In this document: positions 34,801 through 47,700 of the stretch, piece after piece
Numbering within the stretch: the stretch's first letter is position 1
Layout: every line of letters starts with the position of its first letter
DNA from: Obrimoposthia wandeli
Lineage: Eukaryota
DNA: 64,000 nucleotides
Assembly: GCA_977020255.1 (NCBI GenBank)
Contig: CDROCS010001053.1
Coordinates: forward strand, 248,001-312,000
Direction: 5' to 3'
Made by a program: the position numbers and the translations under genes
Notes under the pieces: model-generated
What the model saw: only the letters and a program-made list of their open reading frames with translations
The model's database searches: none
Told to the model about the DNA's origin: nothing

Positions 34801-37800
34801 TCGTTTTAAACCCTCCTGGAATTTAGGATTTACTTATTATAAATGGACTTAACTTATGTTCGGTCATATCAGCAGCCAAACATATACTTACTCGCTATTT
34901 GCTAAATTGAACTAAAATTACATTTTCATATAGAAGTATCGGACTATGTAAAAGGGTCTCTTACTAAACGTTCCATCGTTACAACATACCAGCCGGTTTC
35001 TTCTTTGATGGAACAGATTTACATTGATTTGTTTCCGTCATCTCCTGAATGATCCTTACTTCATTTGCTACAAAAAAGTTGTTATCTACTGTGTTGTTTA
35101 ATCCACAAATATCTCAACTGTAATCGATCTATTTCATCAACTTTTACTTGGAGATACATCTCTGATACATCACATACACCGCAATCCTATTGTAAGTTTG
35201 ACGCACAATGAATCGTGTCATTCAAATATTTTTCATGGCTCTTTGCCACTGCGTCAAACACAATTTGTAACTTGGTTGATTCTTTGTCTTGTTGTATTAC
35301 AGGAAAATTTGGTAGATACCAACGAGATTTTTGTTGTTCTCCTTGTTCAATAACCGAATATAACTTTTTACTTGCTCCAAGATTACTTTGTCATATTCCT
35401 CTTTTAGTTGTTTATCTTTAGTCATCCTTCTTTATAAACTTTGTAATCTTTTCATAGGCATTTCGTAATTTACTTGACATTACTCTTGATCATTTTCCTA
35501 CGGAATCATGACAGTAAATCCATGACTTTCATTGGCTTTACATGTTCGGCATATAAATTCTATTTTACTTTTTCCATGAGCAATCATTGTTGGGAATTTG
35601 TTCGACTTCCTAAAACTTGCTTAGCCTAAAACTGTCAAACATCCTTATTTATCTGATATATCATCGTTTTTTCTTTTTGTCAACACAAATATAACGACCA
35701 CACTTCATCAACTCTTAATAGCCAAACGCTGACACTATCACACGCACACACACAACACCTAAAAGTGCATACATTCTCGGCTCAATTGGCAAAATTCTAA
35801 TTCTAACAAAATTCTAATTTGAGTTAATTGCTGATAGTTGTATTTAGTCATATTTATCTTCAATGTTCACACTGTTCATAATATAATATTTAATATAATA
35901 TCTATTTTAAGGTAACATATATCTAAATGTGTCATTGTTGATGACTAAAACCTGATTAAGCAATTTATGTTTATCAACAATTAGTGATAAGTAGAAATTT
36001 GGAAATGGGTTAATTAGGTTTCAACAATTAGTGATAAGTAGAAATTTGGAAATGGGTTAATTAGGATGAGCTTGTTAATCGGCACTTTTAAGTTCTTTGT
36101 AATCGCACAAGTATGCATATGTGTGATTGTGTAAGTGTCTGGCTATATAATAACCCGAGAGGAATGAAGAGTTCCAGTAGTCTGCTGTCAGATGTTAACG
36201 AAGTAGTTTACGTGATAAAGTTAAGAAGAAAGGAAATATGAATTTATGATTTATTAGTTGTATTGTGGATAATTTAAAATTTTCACATTAGACATAAATT
36301 ATATTAACAGAAAAAAAGTATGGCCTCCAAAATTTCTAAGGGCTCTTGGATATCAGTATCACGATTCCAATAACAAATGACTCTGGATATGAGCTAATAT
36401 TTTATTATTACATTTTTACGTTTCAACAATCTCTTTTCACCTGACAAAGAATTTCAAATAAGTTAAGATCTGGGTTATTCCTAGATCAGTCAAGCACCCG
36501 TACACTTTTGACTTCCTGAACGTTAAATTTTATCTAGACAGCAAGACCGTATTTCAAGTTGATAGTTTAATTTTGGAGAAATTGAGGTCTTAGTTGAGAA
36601 ATGTTTTCAATGATGCTACATCCTGACACTGGGAATTTCCAATTGTATAAAGCTCAAAACGATGAATGTTCCTCTGATCATCCTTTTGTGATATAAACAT
36701 TGTCCCAGTTAGAAAAGATCTGAACAAGAAGATCAATAGACGATGTGTAAATAAACAACACTAGACATCATTTAATGTGGTATGTTTGTTTTATGACATC
36801 GCAATACAGATCTAATATACAGAGCAAATGGTCTTTGAAATTAACATATCATCGATGTTGAGAAATTTAGATATTAATTCACATTCGGACATTTCATTCA
36901 TCGACTCTCTGTATGAGTTTTCAAATTTCGATGAAAGCGGTTGTAAAGTTTTAGTAGTCAAAATTTCAACACCATGGACTTGCCAAGAGCAATATATGAT
37001 CCAGTTGTTAACCCCCGCTATCCTGTTGATCAACACCGATAATAACATTTTTGAATTATGACAATATATGTTCTAAACGATTCATTAAATTTAATATCAT
37101 TTTGCTTCTTATTTTGGTCCTGAAAAATAATGACCAACATTTCCATCTCGAGCAATAACTTTCTCAAACATTGCAAAAATGTCATCAAGATAATCACAAT
37201 GTGAAAACCGGACTTTCTTGTCGGACACATTTTCCCCGAACTGTAAGATAAAACCGTTTGTTATTTCCAATACATCTTATGCATATACCCAAGTGAAACA
37301 CCAACAACTCTTTCCCTGTTTATACTATTACTTAAATTATTAAGTAAGGCGACAATTGGATCAAACTCATGACTTCAACTCATATGCACACCAAACGGCT
37401 GTAAATGAGGCAATTTAAAGTGCAATTCGTTTTCTTACCTGTCCTCTGCAAACATAATACATATGAAGAGCATTTTTCAAGTACATCTTAAGCAAAGTTT
37501 TGGTTTATATGATTCGAAAAATTTAGGTAATTCAGATATAGAAAGATAATTAGTAAATTTGTGTAAAGGTCTTTTAAATTAATATAAAATATTTCAAATA
37601 AGAAAAAACCTTTTTCGCTTCAACGCATTATAAAAGGAACACTGAGAAATGTGGATCTACGTCTAAATATTTAAATATTTCATTGTTATGTATCAAAATA
37701 TATAATTAATGTATACTTTAACTTTTTTTTACAACTTCACAACAAATTTTAGTATCATTTATGATGCAATAGAATAGAAACCCTATTAAAATAAGATTAT

Positions 37801-40800
37801 CTATAAGAATACGTTTTTTTATATAACCGATAATTTGCTAAACAGTGAAATTTGTTCTATCTGCCATTGAGTTAATAAACTTGAAAATTACATTTTCTGT
37901 TAATTAATTTCATTCTATAACAATTGGAGTTCCACTTTTATATTAGATACTTTGCAACGAGCACATACAGCCCTTATCAAAACATCCCATCCAATCTCAA
38001 TTGGATTCAAGTTCGAATATCTACAAGGCCACTTAAAAGGAACAATATTATGCTGCTCAAACATCTGAATTGTAGAATGAGATACATACACACTGGCATT
38101 TTCCTGCAATCTCATCTTGAGAAATGTGATGGAGAAAATGATTATCCAGCAAATCCTGGTATTTTATTGAATATTTTCCCACAAATTCCCGACCAGATCA
38201 TAACAGAACTACCTCTATGAGATTGCCTAAAAAAATATTAATTTCTCATATCATGCCAGTAATAATTTTGATCATCTAAAGTTTAGATTCTAAACCCTCG
38301 AGACAAAATTATTTGTCTTTAAACCAAAAAATCCATATTAAGTCTGCAAAAATCCAAAAGATTCTCTCGATGTTTCAGATTTCTTCAGTTTTACATTAAT
38401 TTTATTTAATGACATATCAGTATCTTTTAAATTGCTCACTTACTGCTTTGAGCTTTTATAGGTCAATGTAGTCACTCTTTTATTTCTTTTAGACTATTTT
38501 TCTTGCCACCTTTGTAATTGTTACAATATTTTGTCTATATGATTTTATAACATTTACTGAACGACCAATTTCCCTTAATTACATTCTTTTCGAATTCACC
38601 AATTTTTAACTCTTCCTGATTTAAACACCAGAAATAATCTATATGTTTAATATAAAGCTTATCAAATATGTAGCACCCAAAATAATATATTCAATAAAAA
38701 TAAATTAAAAAGCTAATTTTTAAATATGTACTTATTTATATGCGTCATTTAAACAAGTACGGTATTACTAACTAGTTATATAATAGGATTAAATATTATA
38801 ATATAGAGTTTATTTCTTGAAACTTAATAACTTTCGTAAATTCAGAGTTTATGTATTACCTTAAACAAAATAAATTAGAATGAGTCTCGGTGTTCCTATT
38901 TAAATGTTATGGCTTTGAATTTATTAGTTAATTTCACTTTTAAAAATCTGGGTCGATAATTTATATTCTTTAAGATATTGAAATTTGTTTTTTAATTTTA
39001 ATTTTTAATGGTGTATAAAATCCAGACATCTTAGAAATATGGTGATAGGTACCATTAAAAAGTCAGTAAAAACTCTAAAATTTAATTATTCATTCCACAA
39101 CATCACGAATTTTTAATTGTATAGAAGCATTATTGAATGTAAATTACCATCTAAGATAGTATTTTACTATATTTGAACTATGAAAATATAATTCCTACCA
39201 TAGAATACTTTGATTCCAGATGACTTTTAAGTTCTTAATATTCTTTGTTGAATACAAAAGAATAGTTTCGGTTTTGTCTTTGTTTATACATTTAATTTAA
39301 CTAATAAAAATCTAACGAACGATTTCAAAAAAAATGAAATGAGATATTTTAAGCTGACTGTATTAATAGTAATTGGTGTTGGTCTGATAGGCTCCTTTGA
39401 GTGAAAACATGTGATTATCATTGTTTAGTCCAACAGGTCTCGAATCTAGGTATCTAACCCGATGAAGTACTTCGATCAATCAAGAACACAAGTGATCCAG
39501 ATCCATCATGTGATAGTGTCTTCAAGAAACCGGAAACCGACAACTTCAGACACCTCAAAATTGATTGAAGGTCCTAAATACACAATCACTTTCATTTGGT
39601 AAATACGTCGGGAAGATAGATGTATCATAGTACCTATTTTGAGGACAGATTGACACTGGTGTATACATGATAGCATATTAACAGGTCTGGTGACTTTATA
39701 AACTTAGAAATAACAAAATATTTATCTATAACAACACTCATATAATATTTTGCTATTACTAGAATTTTCTATTCAAAATAACCCCCAATTATTTGAAACA
39801 ATCAGCTATGAAAAAAGTAGAGGAATTCTAAGTATCTGGTTCAATATTTTCAATTTCCATTTCATTCTTTTTCTTGAAATTATGTAAATTATTTGCCGGA
39901 TATTGATATACGTTTCTTTGAAATCACCCAATACATAAAAAGTGTATACAGTTAGGTCTGAGGCGCAAAACCAATTAAATTATAAACTCAATTATCTGAT
40001 TTTTTCTAAAAAATCTTCTGATGTATCTAGATGTATGAGAAGCCTAATTTCGATTAAAAATATTCAGGTTTTTCTTGTATATTTTCAAAAATGTATTATT
40101 ATAATTTTCAATCATCGATACGTGATTTATCTATTTAATTGTCTCTCCAATGGCAAAAAAGGACGATGGGACAATACATTTGGATGTATAAGATATTGAA
40201 ACTGTAAGTTTTTGTGAAAATAAAGGTCTAGCAACATTAATATGAGAATTTTTAGATTCCAACTGAGTTGTTAATCGAGGACAGTTTACCATTAACATAA
40301 ATATAGTTTGAAATTAAAGATTTGCCTTGTAATTTTTCTTTTTGTTTTAAAACTAATACGCAAAGACGAAAAGATTTATCCGATATACCCGCAAAGTTTT
40401 TTGAAAATCGATTATCCAAACTTTCTGAAACATGATTATCCATATAATCAAATAAACTGAGGGTCTTCCAGTTATTGCTGTATTGTGCAGTCAGAGAGGG
40501 TTTTAAAAATTTAATAACTTAATAATTGTAGACTTAATGAAAGGGGGATTTTAAATGATTAATTCTAACTAAGCAATTTTAATTTTATATTGAAATTAAT
40601 TGTATATAATATTTAAAATTATAACTGTTTAAAGAACTGTTCTATTTAGTGTCAACGTATGAGAACTTTATACAGTTCCCGATGTAAAAAACCATCATGT
40701 TCTTACTTAGGACTTTAATTCCGGGTCTCACAAAAACAGCCATAAGTTGAAATAAGATAAGATAAGAAAACTATATTCATAGTAAACACATGCGAGGAAC

Positions 40801-43800
40801 TAAATTCCCTGTAGCAATACACCGTAAGTATAACAAAGGTATATCGTAACAAAACTCAAAATACATGACGCTGAAATATTCCCTTACTTTATATAATTTC
40901 TTTGTTATTTGTTAAATAATTGCTCTTCGGTTTTGATACTTATGTTTAATTTAAATGACTTAGTAGGAGTTTTGAATCTTTCTAAACAAGCTGAAATACT
41001 CAGCTCACGTTTGCAAACATGGAATATATTAGAATCATTAGAATTAGATTCGGTGTTATAAATAAATATACTGTTTCATTTATAAGTCACATCGTTATTT
41101 TGTGAATAAAAATTGGATTCTGACCAGGTAGATGGTTATGTAAAAACATTTTCGTAATAATTAAGATAATTAAACTGATTATATGCAATTTCGAGCAAGA
41201 AAAATGAATCATTTGTTTTTTTACAGTGTAATATCAATTTGAAAATCTGATAGTGAAATGGATTTCAAAACCGTACTCTTTATTTCACACACCTTTTCAT
41301 ATGTACAAAAATCCCTGAACAAACACTGGAATAAAATTTCTTCAAGTTTTACTTGACTCGTTTTATCATTTTGGAAATCTAAAAATATTAAAAAAAGTTT
41401 ACAATAACAATTGAAACTTTGTAAAATTAGCCAAAATCCTTTTAGGCAAAACACCAAATAATTTTCAGCTAAAATAATTTTTCCTTAATATCATCCGAAA
41501 TAAAGAATTTTTCAGTCTGCCTTCCTAAATTCCTTATTTTCCCAATCTCATAATTTAATTGATTTATTTTCACTTAAAAGATTTCAATCTGATTTACAAT
41601 ATTCCCTTGCAGATGAATTTTCTAACTAGTAACTTTACAGGGACCACAGATAAATTATAACTCCGTGTGCCACAATAATACAGATGGAAACAGTAATTAA
41701 AACAATAAAAGTTATCCATGGACAAGCGTGAAACCATTGAAATTTGTGTTGCAATGCTTGAAAAGGTTGATAGTGAGTAGGGATAAATATTTTATAACAA
41801 TAATGTCTGCTGGTTAAGTCGAAATCACAATTTTATTGAATCAATGAAAATGGCAATGGTGTACCCAACCCTCACGCTCTACCGTATCATCGTGGTTGAT
41901 AGGAATTTCTGACCTACTTTGATAAGATTGTATAGAATAGGTATCTGATTGAGATGGTGTTGGAGAAGAGCTATTCTGCTGGGGCAAGCGACAGAACGGC
42001 AAAAAGACGTTTTCCGTCACCGTCCGTAAAAGAGCACTCGATCCATTGCTGGACCAGTTCACTGAATCATCTCCCCTGCGACACTTCTGTCAAACATATA
42101 ATTCAACAATAAAGAAAAAAATAGAAGAAAAATTAAAAATATATTTAAAAGTTATTCGAATCGTAGCATAAATATTTAAAACACTAATCGACCGCAAAGG
42201 TTTTCGGATAGAAGAAAATAATCTATTGTCAATCACAGTTTTATCGCCTTACTTATGTATAATAGATTGAAAAATTAAGTTTTAATATAGTTGTGAAAAA
42301 GTAATTTTATTTAATATTTTTTCGATGCCATTATTTAGATAATGAATCCTAATAATTTGCTAGTATATGAGAGTTTGAAGTTAAAGTTATTTCCAAAATA
42401 CACTGGTAGCCAAACATGTTTTACAAAAATGTGTTTAAATTACAGGATTTCAGATATCTACATGGTCAGAAAAAACATTTTTATACACAAAATAACAATT
42501 TGACGTATATACGAACCAAATATGTTTGGTTATAACAATGAGTCTAATTCTAATGATTGCAATGTATTCAATTGTTGCAAATTTGAGCTGAGTGTTTCAG
42601 CTTGCCACTTAGAAAGATTCAAACCTCCTACTAAGTCATTAAACCGACTCTCATTTATTAATAAAGGTTCTCTTTACAGCGGCATTTCAAACTATGTATC
42701 CGTAATATCAGTTTCCATAATAATCTCTTCAGCATCTAATTCAGATATAGAAATTTTACCGATTAGTGATAATTTAATTAAATAAGATAAAAATGTATTT
42801 TTTATGTTTTGGTCGTGACGATTCATTAAAATTTTCGTATTCGTAATTAGTCTGTAAAACTATTGCTAAACGTTTATTTTGTGCTGTGTTATCTACAAAG
42901 GAAAGAGAATTCCATTGTCTGTCGATAGATGCTCGAACAGAGTAGTAAAATACTTTAATTCATTCATAGTCACCCCTTTATTTGGATGAACTTCCAGAAA
43001 TTGAACTTCCCAGTTTAACTAATTTAAGAAGAAATGACAATAAAAGAAGACTGCAGGTTCAAAGTCTAAATCGAAGAAAGAAGAACGTGTTTTCATGTCT
43101 ATGCATAAAGGTTTAACAATAGTTTGCCAAAAGAAGTGAGAAAGTGTAATAATACTGAAGAAGACACACCAAGACGTTCAGGTTGCTGATTTGTAGAGTG
43201 TTCTTGAACTACTAAGAAATAGGTGCTATTTTAAATATAGTTTGATGTTTTTATTATGTATTAAAACTGTCGTGGGCAAAAGAAAATAAACTATTAAATA
43301 TCTAAACAACTGACAGATTTTATAAAGCAAAGAAAGCCACCCTAGCTGAGCAGGAGCAACACCATTTTACTGACATTTGCTTGGAAATCAAACAAAATAT
43401 GCACCCTATCAAATCGCACTAAAACCTTCATTTTGTCATTTGTAACCTGCTACATTTGCCTGTAAGGGTATGAAATATAATGAAAGTTAAATAACTAAAT
43501 TCGACAACCATTATAAATAAAAAATACGAAAAACATGAAAAGACTTTCTTCTAAATCAGTTGTTAAATCAAACGGTTTAACTAGCTTAAAACCTAACCAA
43601 TATAACTCAAATTACCCATATAACTTGTAATATTGAAACCATTCACTTTTAAATCCACATAAATCAATTTTGCACACTCAGTCGAGTTTACTAACCTCAA
43701 TAGTTACATTTTGCGTTTCAAGAAACCCACGCACTTTCTCTTCATCAAGCTTCTCTGAAATTGCATTAAAAACGTATTTGACAAACTCCGCTGTGTTTTG

Positions 43801-43869
43801 CTTGGGATTTGTCTTCATAGAAAAGCACAGGACAAACACTAAACAGAAAATAATGTATCGAAGTAGCAT
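16704..43869 (-). CDS. SLC39A8/14-like: SLC39 (ZIP) LIV-1 subfamily metal transporter, ZIP8/ZIP14-like, multi-exon host gene
   Basis: Phase-compatible GT-AG exons: 30779-30948 (TM1 [10 protein letters not shown]), 30051-~30201, 26496/26493-26630, 26382-26456, 24589-24742 ([10 protein letters not shown]; CEELPHELG), 17141-17328 (DFAILLNAG...[12 protein letters not shown]), 16704-16865. Probable N-terminal exons: 43696-43869 (signal peptide) and 41883-42086. The EELPHE motif, instead of HEXPHE, is ZIP8/14-like. Confidence 0.9.
17141..17328 (-). CDS. ZIP transporter exon (TM5 end to TM7)
   Basis: CTAG|GTGACTTT...GATATG|GTGAGT; [25 protein letters not shown]. Confidence 0.93.
18100..24000. mobile_element. 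Older, highly decayed Polinton remnant(s) in a ZIP intron
   Basis: ATPase-like relic ~18840-19000 ([17 protein letters not shown]). Major-capsid-like 19173-19490 ([17 protein letters not shown]...IEEI). A pX-like gene on the minus strand ([19 protein letters not shown]...[17 protein letters not shown]) is split by the 21045-22943 insertion. Boundaries are approximate. Confidence 0.6.
21045..22943 (+). mobile_element. Non-autonomous mini-Polinton (1.9 kb) with 6-bp TSD AATAGA
   Basis: AATAGA|AGTAGGTGG...CCACCTACT|AATAGA. The left part matches 4917-5478; the right part matches the 59040-59285 promoter/ORF in inverted orientation. Confidence 0.95.
24589..24742 (-). CDS. ZIP transporter exon (TM4-TM5 metal site)
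   Basis: CCAG|AAAGTAGCT...GAACTTG|GTACGT; [28 protein letters not shown]...[11 protein letters not shown]. Confidence 0.95.
26382..26630 (-). CDS. ZIP transporter TM3-TM4 loop, two exons separated by a 36-39 nt intron
   Basis: [22 protein letters not shown]... | [25 protein letters not shown]. Both are phase 0 and join the flanking exons in frame. Confidence 0.75.
26911..29460 (+). mobile_element. Decayed mariner element interrupted by the hAT insertion
   Basis: TTAGGCTGTCTGATAAGT resembles the Himar1-type TIR. Transposase relics after 29060 include [10 protein letters not shown]...DDDM*VGRP and LRKV...IPHHL. Confidence 0.55.
26994..28898 (-). mobile_element. hAT-superfamily (hATm-like) DNA transposon, internally deleted, with 8-bp TSD
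   Basis: ATAAATAT|TAGGGTGGTCCTTA...TAAGGACCACCCTA|ATAAATAT. ORFs 28011-28499 (N-terminus) and 27331-28077 (PGAMHHAKW...[10 protein letters not shown]); the central catalytic part appears to be missing. Confidence 0.88.
30051..30201 (-). CDS. ZIP transporter exon (TM3), 5' end lost in the assembly gap
   Basis: [29 protein letters not shown]|GTTACT. Confidence 0.85.
30202..30387. other. Assembly gap (186 N)
   Basis: Run of N. Confidence 1.
30400..30760. repeat. GAGT/GTGA-rich low-complexity tract
   Basis: Repeated GTGAGT/GAGTGA/GAGTTA motifs beside the gap. Confidence 0.7.
30779..30948 (-). CDS. ZIP transporter exon (TM1-TM2)
   Basis: GCAG|TGTGGTTATAC...CCTGAC|GTGAGT; [18 protein letters not shown]...[21 protein letters not shown]. 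Confidence 0.92.
34044..34285 (+). mobile_element. Mariner transposase N-terminal (HTH) fragment
   Basis: [26 protein letters not shown]...[13 protein letters not shown]. Confidence 0.75.
34980..35620 (-). mobile_element. BEL/Pao retrotransposon RT fragment
   Basis: Minus strand [28 protein letters not shown]...LNDTIH...DVSEMYLQV matches the BEL/Pao WYLPHHPV...K.R.VFDAS motif. Confidence 0.7.
37915..38115 (-). mobile_element. Tc1-like transposase DDE fragment
   Basis: QENASVY...[19 protein letters not shown] (compare QDNAP.H...WP..SPDLNPIEN.W). Confidence 0.7.
40940..41460. mobile_element. Decayed DNA-transposase fragments (possibly CMC/Chapaev3-like)
   Basis: Plus strand [26 protein letters not shown] resembles a widespread invertebrate transposase motif; family assignment is from memory and uncertain. 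Confidence 0.35.
41883..42086 (-). CDS. Probable ZIP ectodomain exon 2
   Basis: ACAG|AAGTGTCGC... is open for 68 codons and phase 0, compatible with the upstream signal-peptide exon; the donor choice is uncertain. Confidence 0.5.
43696..43869 (-). CDS. Probable ZIP exon 1 with signal peptide
   Basis: [21 protein letters not shown]...NVTIE|GTTAGT; LIV-1 ZIPs begin with a signal peptide. Confidence 0.55.
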
Positions 43870-44298
43870 GTCAGAAAATTTAAATTGTATCGAAATAATG
43901 ATATAGAATGAGGTATAATGATTGAAATATTAAAACAAATTCATCATTTAAGGTTACAAGAGTTAACTAACATACAAATAATAAAAAACCTTCACAAAAT
44001 AAATTTAAACAAGCAAAAGTAGTTGTGCTAAATTAAAATGTAATCATGCGTAAAATTATTTTGTTGATCTGTTACTTAAATAAACTATTGTTTGTTGTTT
44101 TGATTTGGATGTGATTAGCTTTAAGTATACTTCTAAAGTTATATTGTAACAAAAAATATAAAAATTATATCATGTTTGTAATTCCTAATTTCTCCCTAAC
44201 CAGTAGAAGCAGTAAATTCTGCTAACAGTGCATCATTAATTGAGACTAATTGACTAACGTCGCTTTGTGTATCTTATAGGCTTTTTATTCGTTTCATG

Positions 44299-44760
44299 TG
44301 TTGGGGTTTCTATATGAAACTGTTTCTAATATATATCTTCTGAATGGAGGGCCCCAACGTGAGTTCTATAGAAGCAGGACTTGTAGATGTTTGTGGCCTA
44401 CTTAATGTTATGCTTGCCTGTCTGAATTCTTAGCTGAAGGTCTGTTGTCTCTAGATTTGAAGGGTCTGTAATAAAGCTGTCTAGTTGTAGGAAATCGTTT
44501 ATTACTAAGCACACTAAATTAAAACGTCTAAGAACGTTCTAAAAATTACAATACAATTCCTAAGACTTCCGTAAGTCTCTACACAAGAAGGGATGATCCA
44601 CGTAACGATTTTATTTTAGGGTTGGTTGGTCACTAGAGTCTTTACTCTAAAATGTGGCAAGGTTAAAGTAGTAGGTTTTTTGGAGCGCTGGTTGCTCTAA
44701 AATAGGAGTAGTTTAGAGAGCTGGTGCTCTAAAATAGGAGTTGTTTAGAGAGCTAGAGCT
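44299..44760. repeat. Truncated LTR related to 2624-3313
   Basis: TGTTGGGGTTTCTATATGAAAC...GGAGG.CCCCA.CGTGAGTTCT is shared. It ends abruptly at the Polinton junction and has an internal ~32-bp duplication at 44690-44756. Confidence 0.7.
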
Positions 44761-47700
44761 CGAAACAATTTCCTTCATATACATAATCAGGAATGTAAAA
44801 TCTCAAAATAACTTTCAATTGATCAATATCAGATGTTGTTAAAATTTCGATGAGATATTTATTCTCCACTTTTGATATTTTCACAGGATTTATAACTCGT
44901 ATAATTTGATGCCTCTTTAATATATTACATAGTTTTCATTTTGAAATTCTTACTGGATAATAAAAATGTCCTACATATCTCAGAAGAGGATCCATTCTAA
45001 AATAAAGAAACGGATTAAAAAACAATGTTTATAAAAATTGCATATAAGATACATATAAGATACAAATATTAAAAAAATAAAACTGATTATTAATTGCTAA
45101 ATGAAAGAAACATAGTAAAAATAAATAAAACCGATTACAATTTATTACATGCAAAATGAAAGGAAAAAAAACTGTTAAAACAAACGGATATGAGCACGTT
45201 CAATTTTCCACATAGGCAACTTTGTTCCAATTTCATCTTTCTTGTAACCATAAAGTCGAATTGTTACAGTCCATTGCTTCTTTTTCGGAAATGCTTCAAC
45301 ATATATTTCTCTTCCATAGTCATCTAGAAATGCTGCATCGGCTCCTCGGATATAAAATTCGTTCTTATTGAAAGTAAAATTTGGAACTGCCTTTTCAACT
45401 TTCTGTTTAAGATATTGAAAATCTGGTTTTTGAATATTTGATAAATAATAACTGAACTTACTTCTTTCAGTTGTCACAGGATTTACTAAAGCAATCAGTT
45501 GAGCCTTCTTCAAGAATCTGACTTTATATTTGAAATATTGCTTCACTTCTTTATACATATCCTTATCTGATTCTTCAAACATATCTAAATCTTCATCACT
45601 GCTTAATTTACGTTGGCTATCGTTCATCATTGATAATTGTCTTTGATATGAATGCATTTATTATGAGTTGTCCTCCAATGGCATATTATTTTATACTAAT
45701 TTGTTAAAAAGACATGAATTTCGTTGGTTAATATAACTAAAGCATTGAATTTGATTGGACTAAATCCAAAATTAAAAATCAAAATTATTTGGAAGAAATA
45801 TATCATCCAATTATAATAGGTTTGCAAGATAATTACAATAAATGTGCAATAAAAAAGCAGGTTCATAACATATATAAAGAAGAATTTACAGAATACAATT
45901 TTAGTCTAATGAAACTCGTAAATATAAAATATAAAAATGAATTTTCGTACTTACCATTCAATGAATGGAAGCCGAGACAATATGTGAAAATGTTTGATAT
46001 TTTACAGTTGTTATTTTCCCCGCATGTTAGTTTTTATTTTATTTTCATATTGAATTATTTTAGGAAGTTGTCGTGTTATGGATGCAAAATACCTTTGGAT
46101 GACTTCAATTTACCACTTGGAATTCAAATCAGCGCCATACTTCCAATCACAATTTCATCTAATATCGGGAAACAAATAAATCTTTATAAAATTGCAGAAA
46201 AATGAAAGAAGAATGCATGTTTAAACCGGAGATTTTTCTTGCTTTCAGATATTTGAAGTTTAAACCGCTTTGTGTAAATATATTTTCCAGTGGTAAAGTT
46301 ATGATATTGGGATTGAAAAATTTTAATTATCCAGACATTGTTGATTTGATTTTCGAAAATATATTTTATTACATCTTGTTATCTTTTTTCTATAAACAAA
46401 CCCGTTTAAACTTATTGTTTCAAATGAAGAATACTATAAATACAGACAATGAAGTGGATCGTCTTGTCGACGAAATATTTTCTGGAAAAATTAAGGGTAA
46501 ACAAATTGTATCAGAATTAAAAAACAATGATATAACAAGAGATAACATTGAAATATTGGTTAGATCACACGTTATTCGAGAATTTAGAAATCGTACACAA
46601 ATAAATAAAATTATAGCCAAATATTCATTAATTAATTTTTTGTATTTTATCTACAATTGCTCTGACATTATACATTTCAATAAAGAAACTTCTATGATAA
46701 TATAAATAATATTAGAATGAAAGAGTATATGTAATGGAGCTAAATAATAATGCCGTATTTCAAATAGTTGGTCCCAGTGGAAGTTGAAAGACACATTTCG
46801 TATGTAAATTGTTACAAAATGAATCTATTTTCAATTCTAGTTTCAAAAATATTTATTGGCATCATGGTTGAAGAGGGGAAAGTTGATTAACCCAACAGAA
46901 ATTTGCAAATTGAAGGAATTAAATTTATTGAAGGATTTGATGCGCATTGGTGTGAAAGATTGTAAAAAAGAAGGTGTAGTAATAATTGATAATTTGTATC
47001 AGGAGGCTAACAAGGAATCGGACTTTAATAATTTATTTACAAAGATTGCAAGACATCGGGAAGTAATTGTTATATTTATCACTCAAAATATTTTTCACCA
47101 AGGAGGTCATCATATAACAAGAAATCTTAATGTACATTACTTAGTTTTATTTAAAGATCCTAGAGATCAGAAAGTTGTAGATTTCGTAACCAGACAGGCA
47201 TTTCTCCAAAATAATAACTTTCTAGTTGATTCATTTCATGATGCTACTAAACAAGCACATGGGTATATATTTATTGACTTTACACAAGCTTGCCCAGATG
47301 ATTAACGTATTTTAACAGACATATATAATTCTTAGGGAGTAACTGTTTATAAACAAATAGAGAATAATTATAAAAAATAAATTTGCAATGCCTTTTAAGA
47401 AGTTGACAGTGAAACGTAAACTTAAAATAAAGGCAAAGCCTATGAAATCAAAAAAGGAATCATTAAAAAAAGAAATGAATAAATTAATCAATTCGGTAGT
47501 TCGAAATAAAAATAAACTTGGATGGCTTCGAATATAAACAATATTCAAATTGAACATTTTTTAAATGAAGAAAATACAAAGAAGCATACCCTATTTTAAA
47601 GCTTTAGTCAAAGCCTCTTCTCATAAGAGAATGATTATTCTTAAAGCATTTCCATCTTTTGTTGTAGATGATTTATTGGAAGTTTTGTATAATATAGTTT

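Noticed and set aside
36812-37230. Cluster of short ORFs on both strands
   Set aside because: No recognisable domain and no support from repeats or splice structure.
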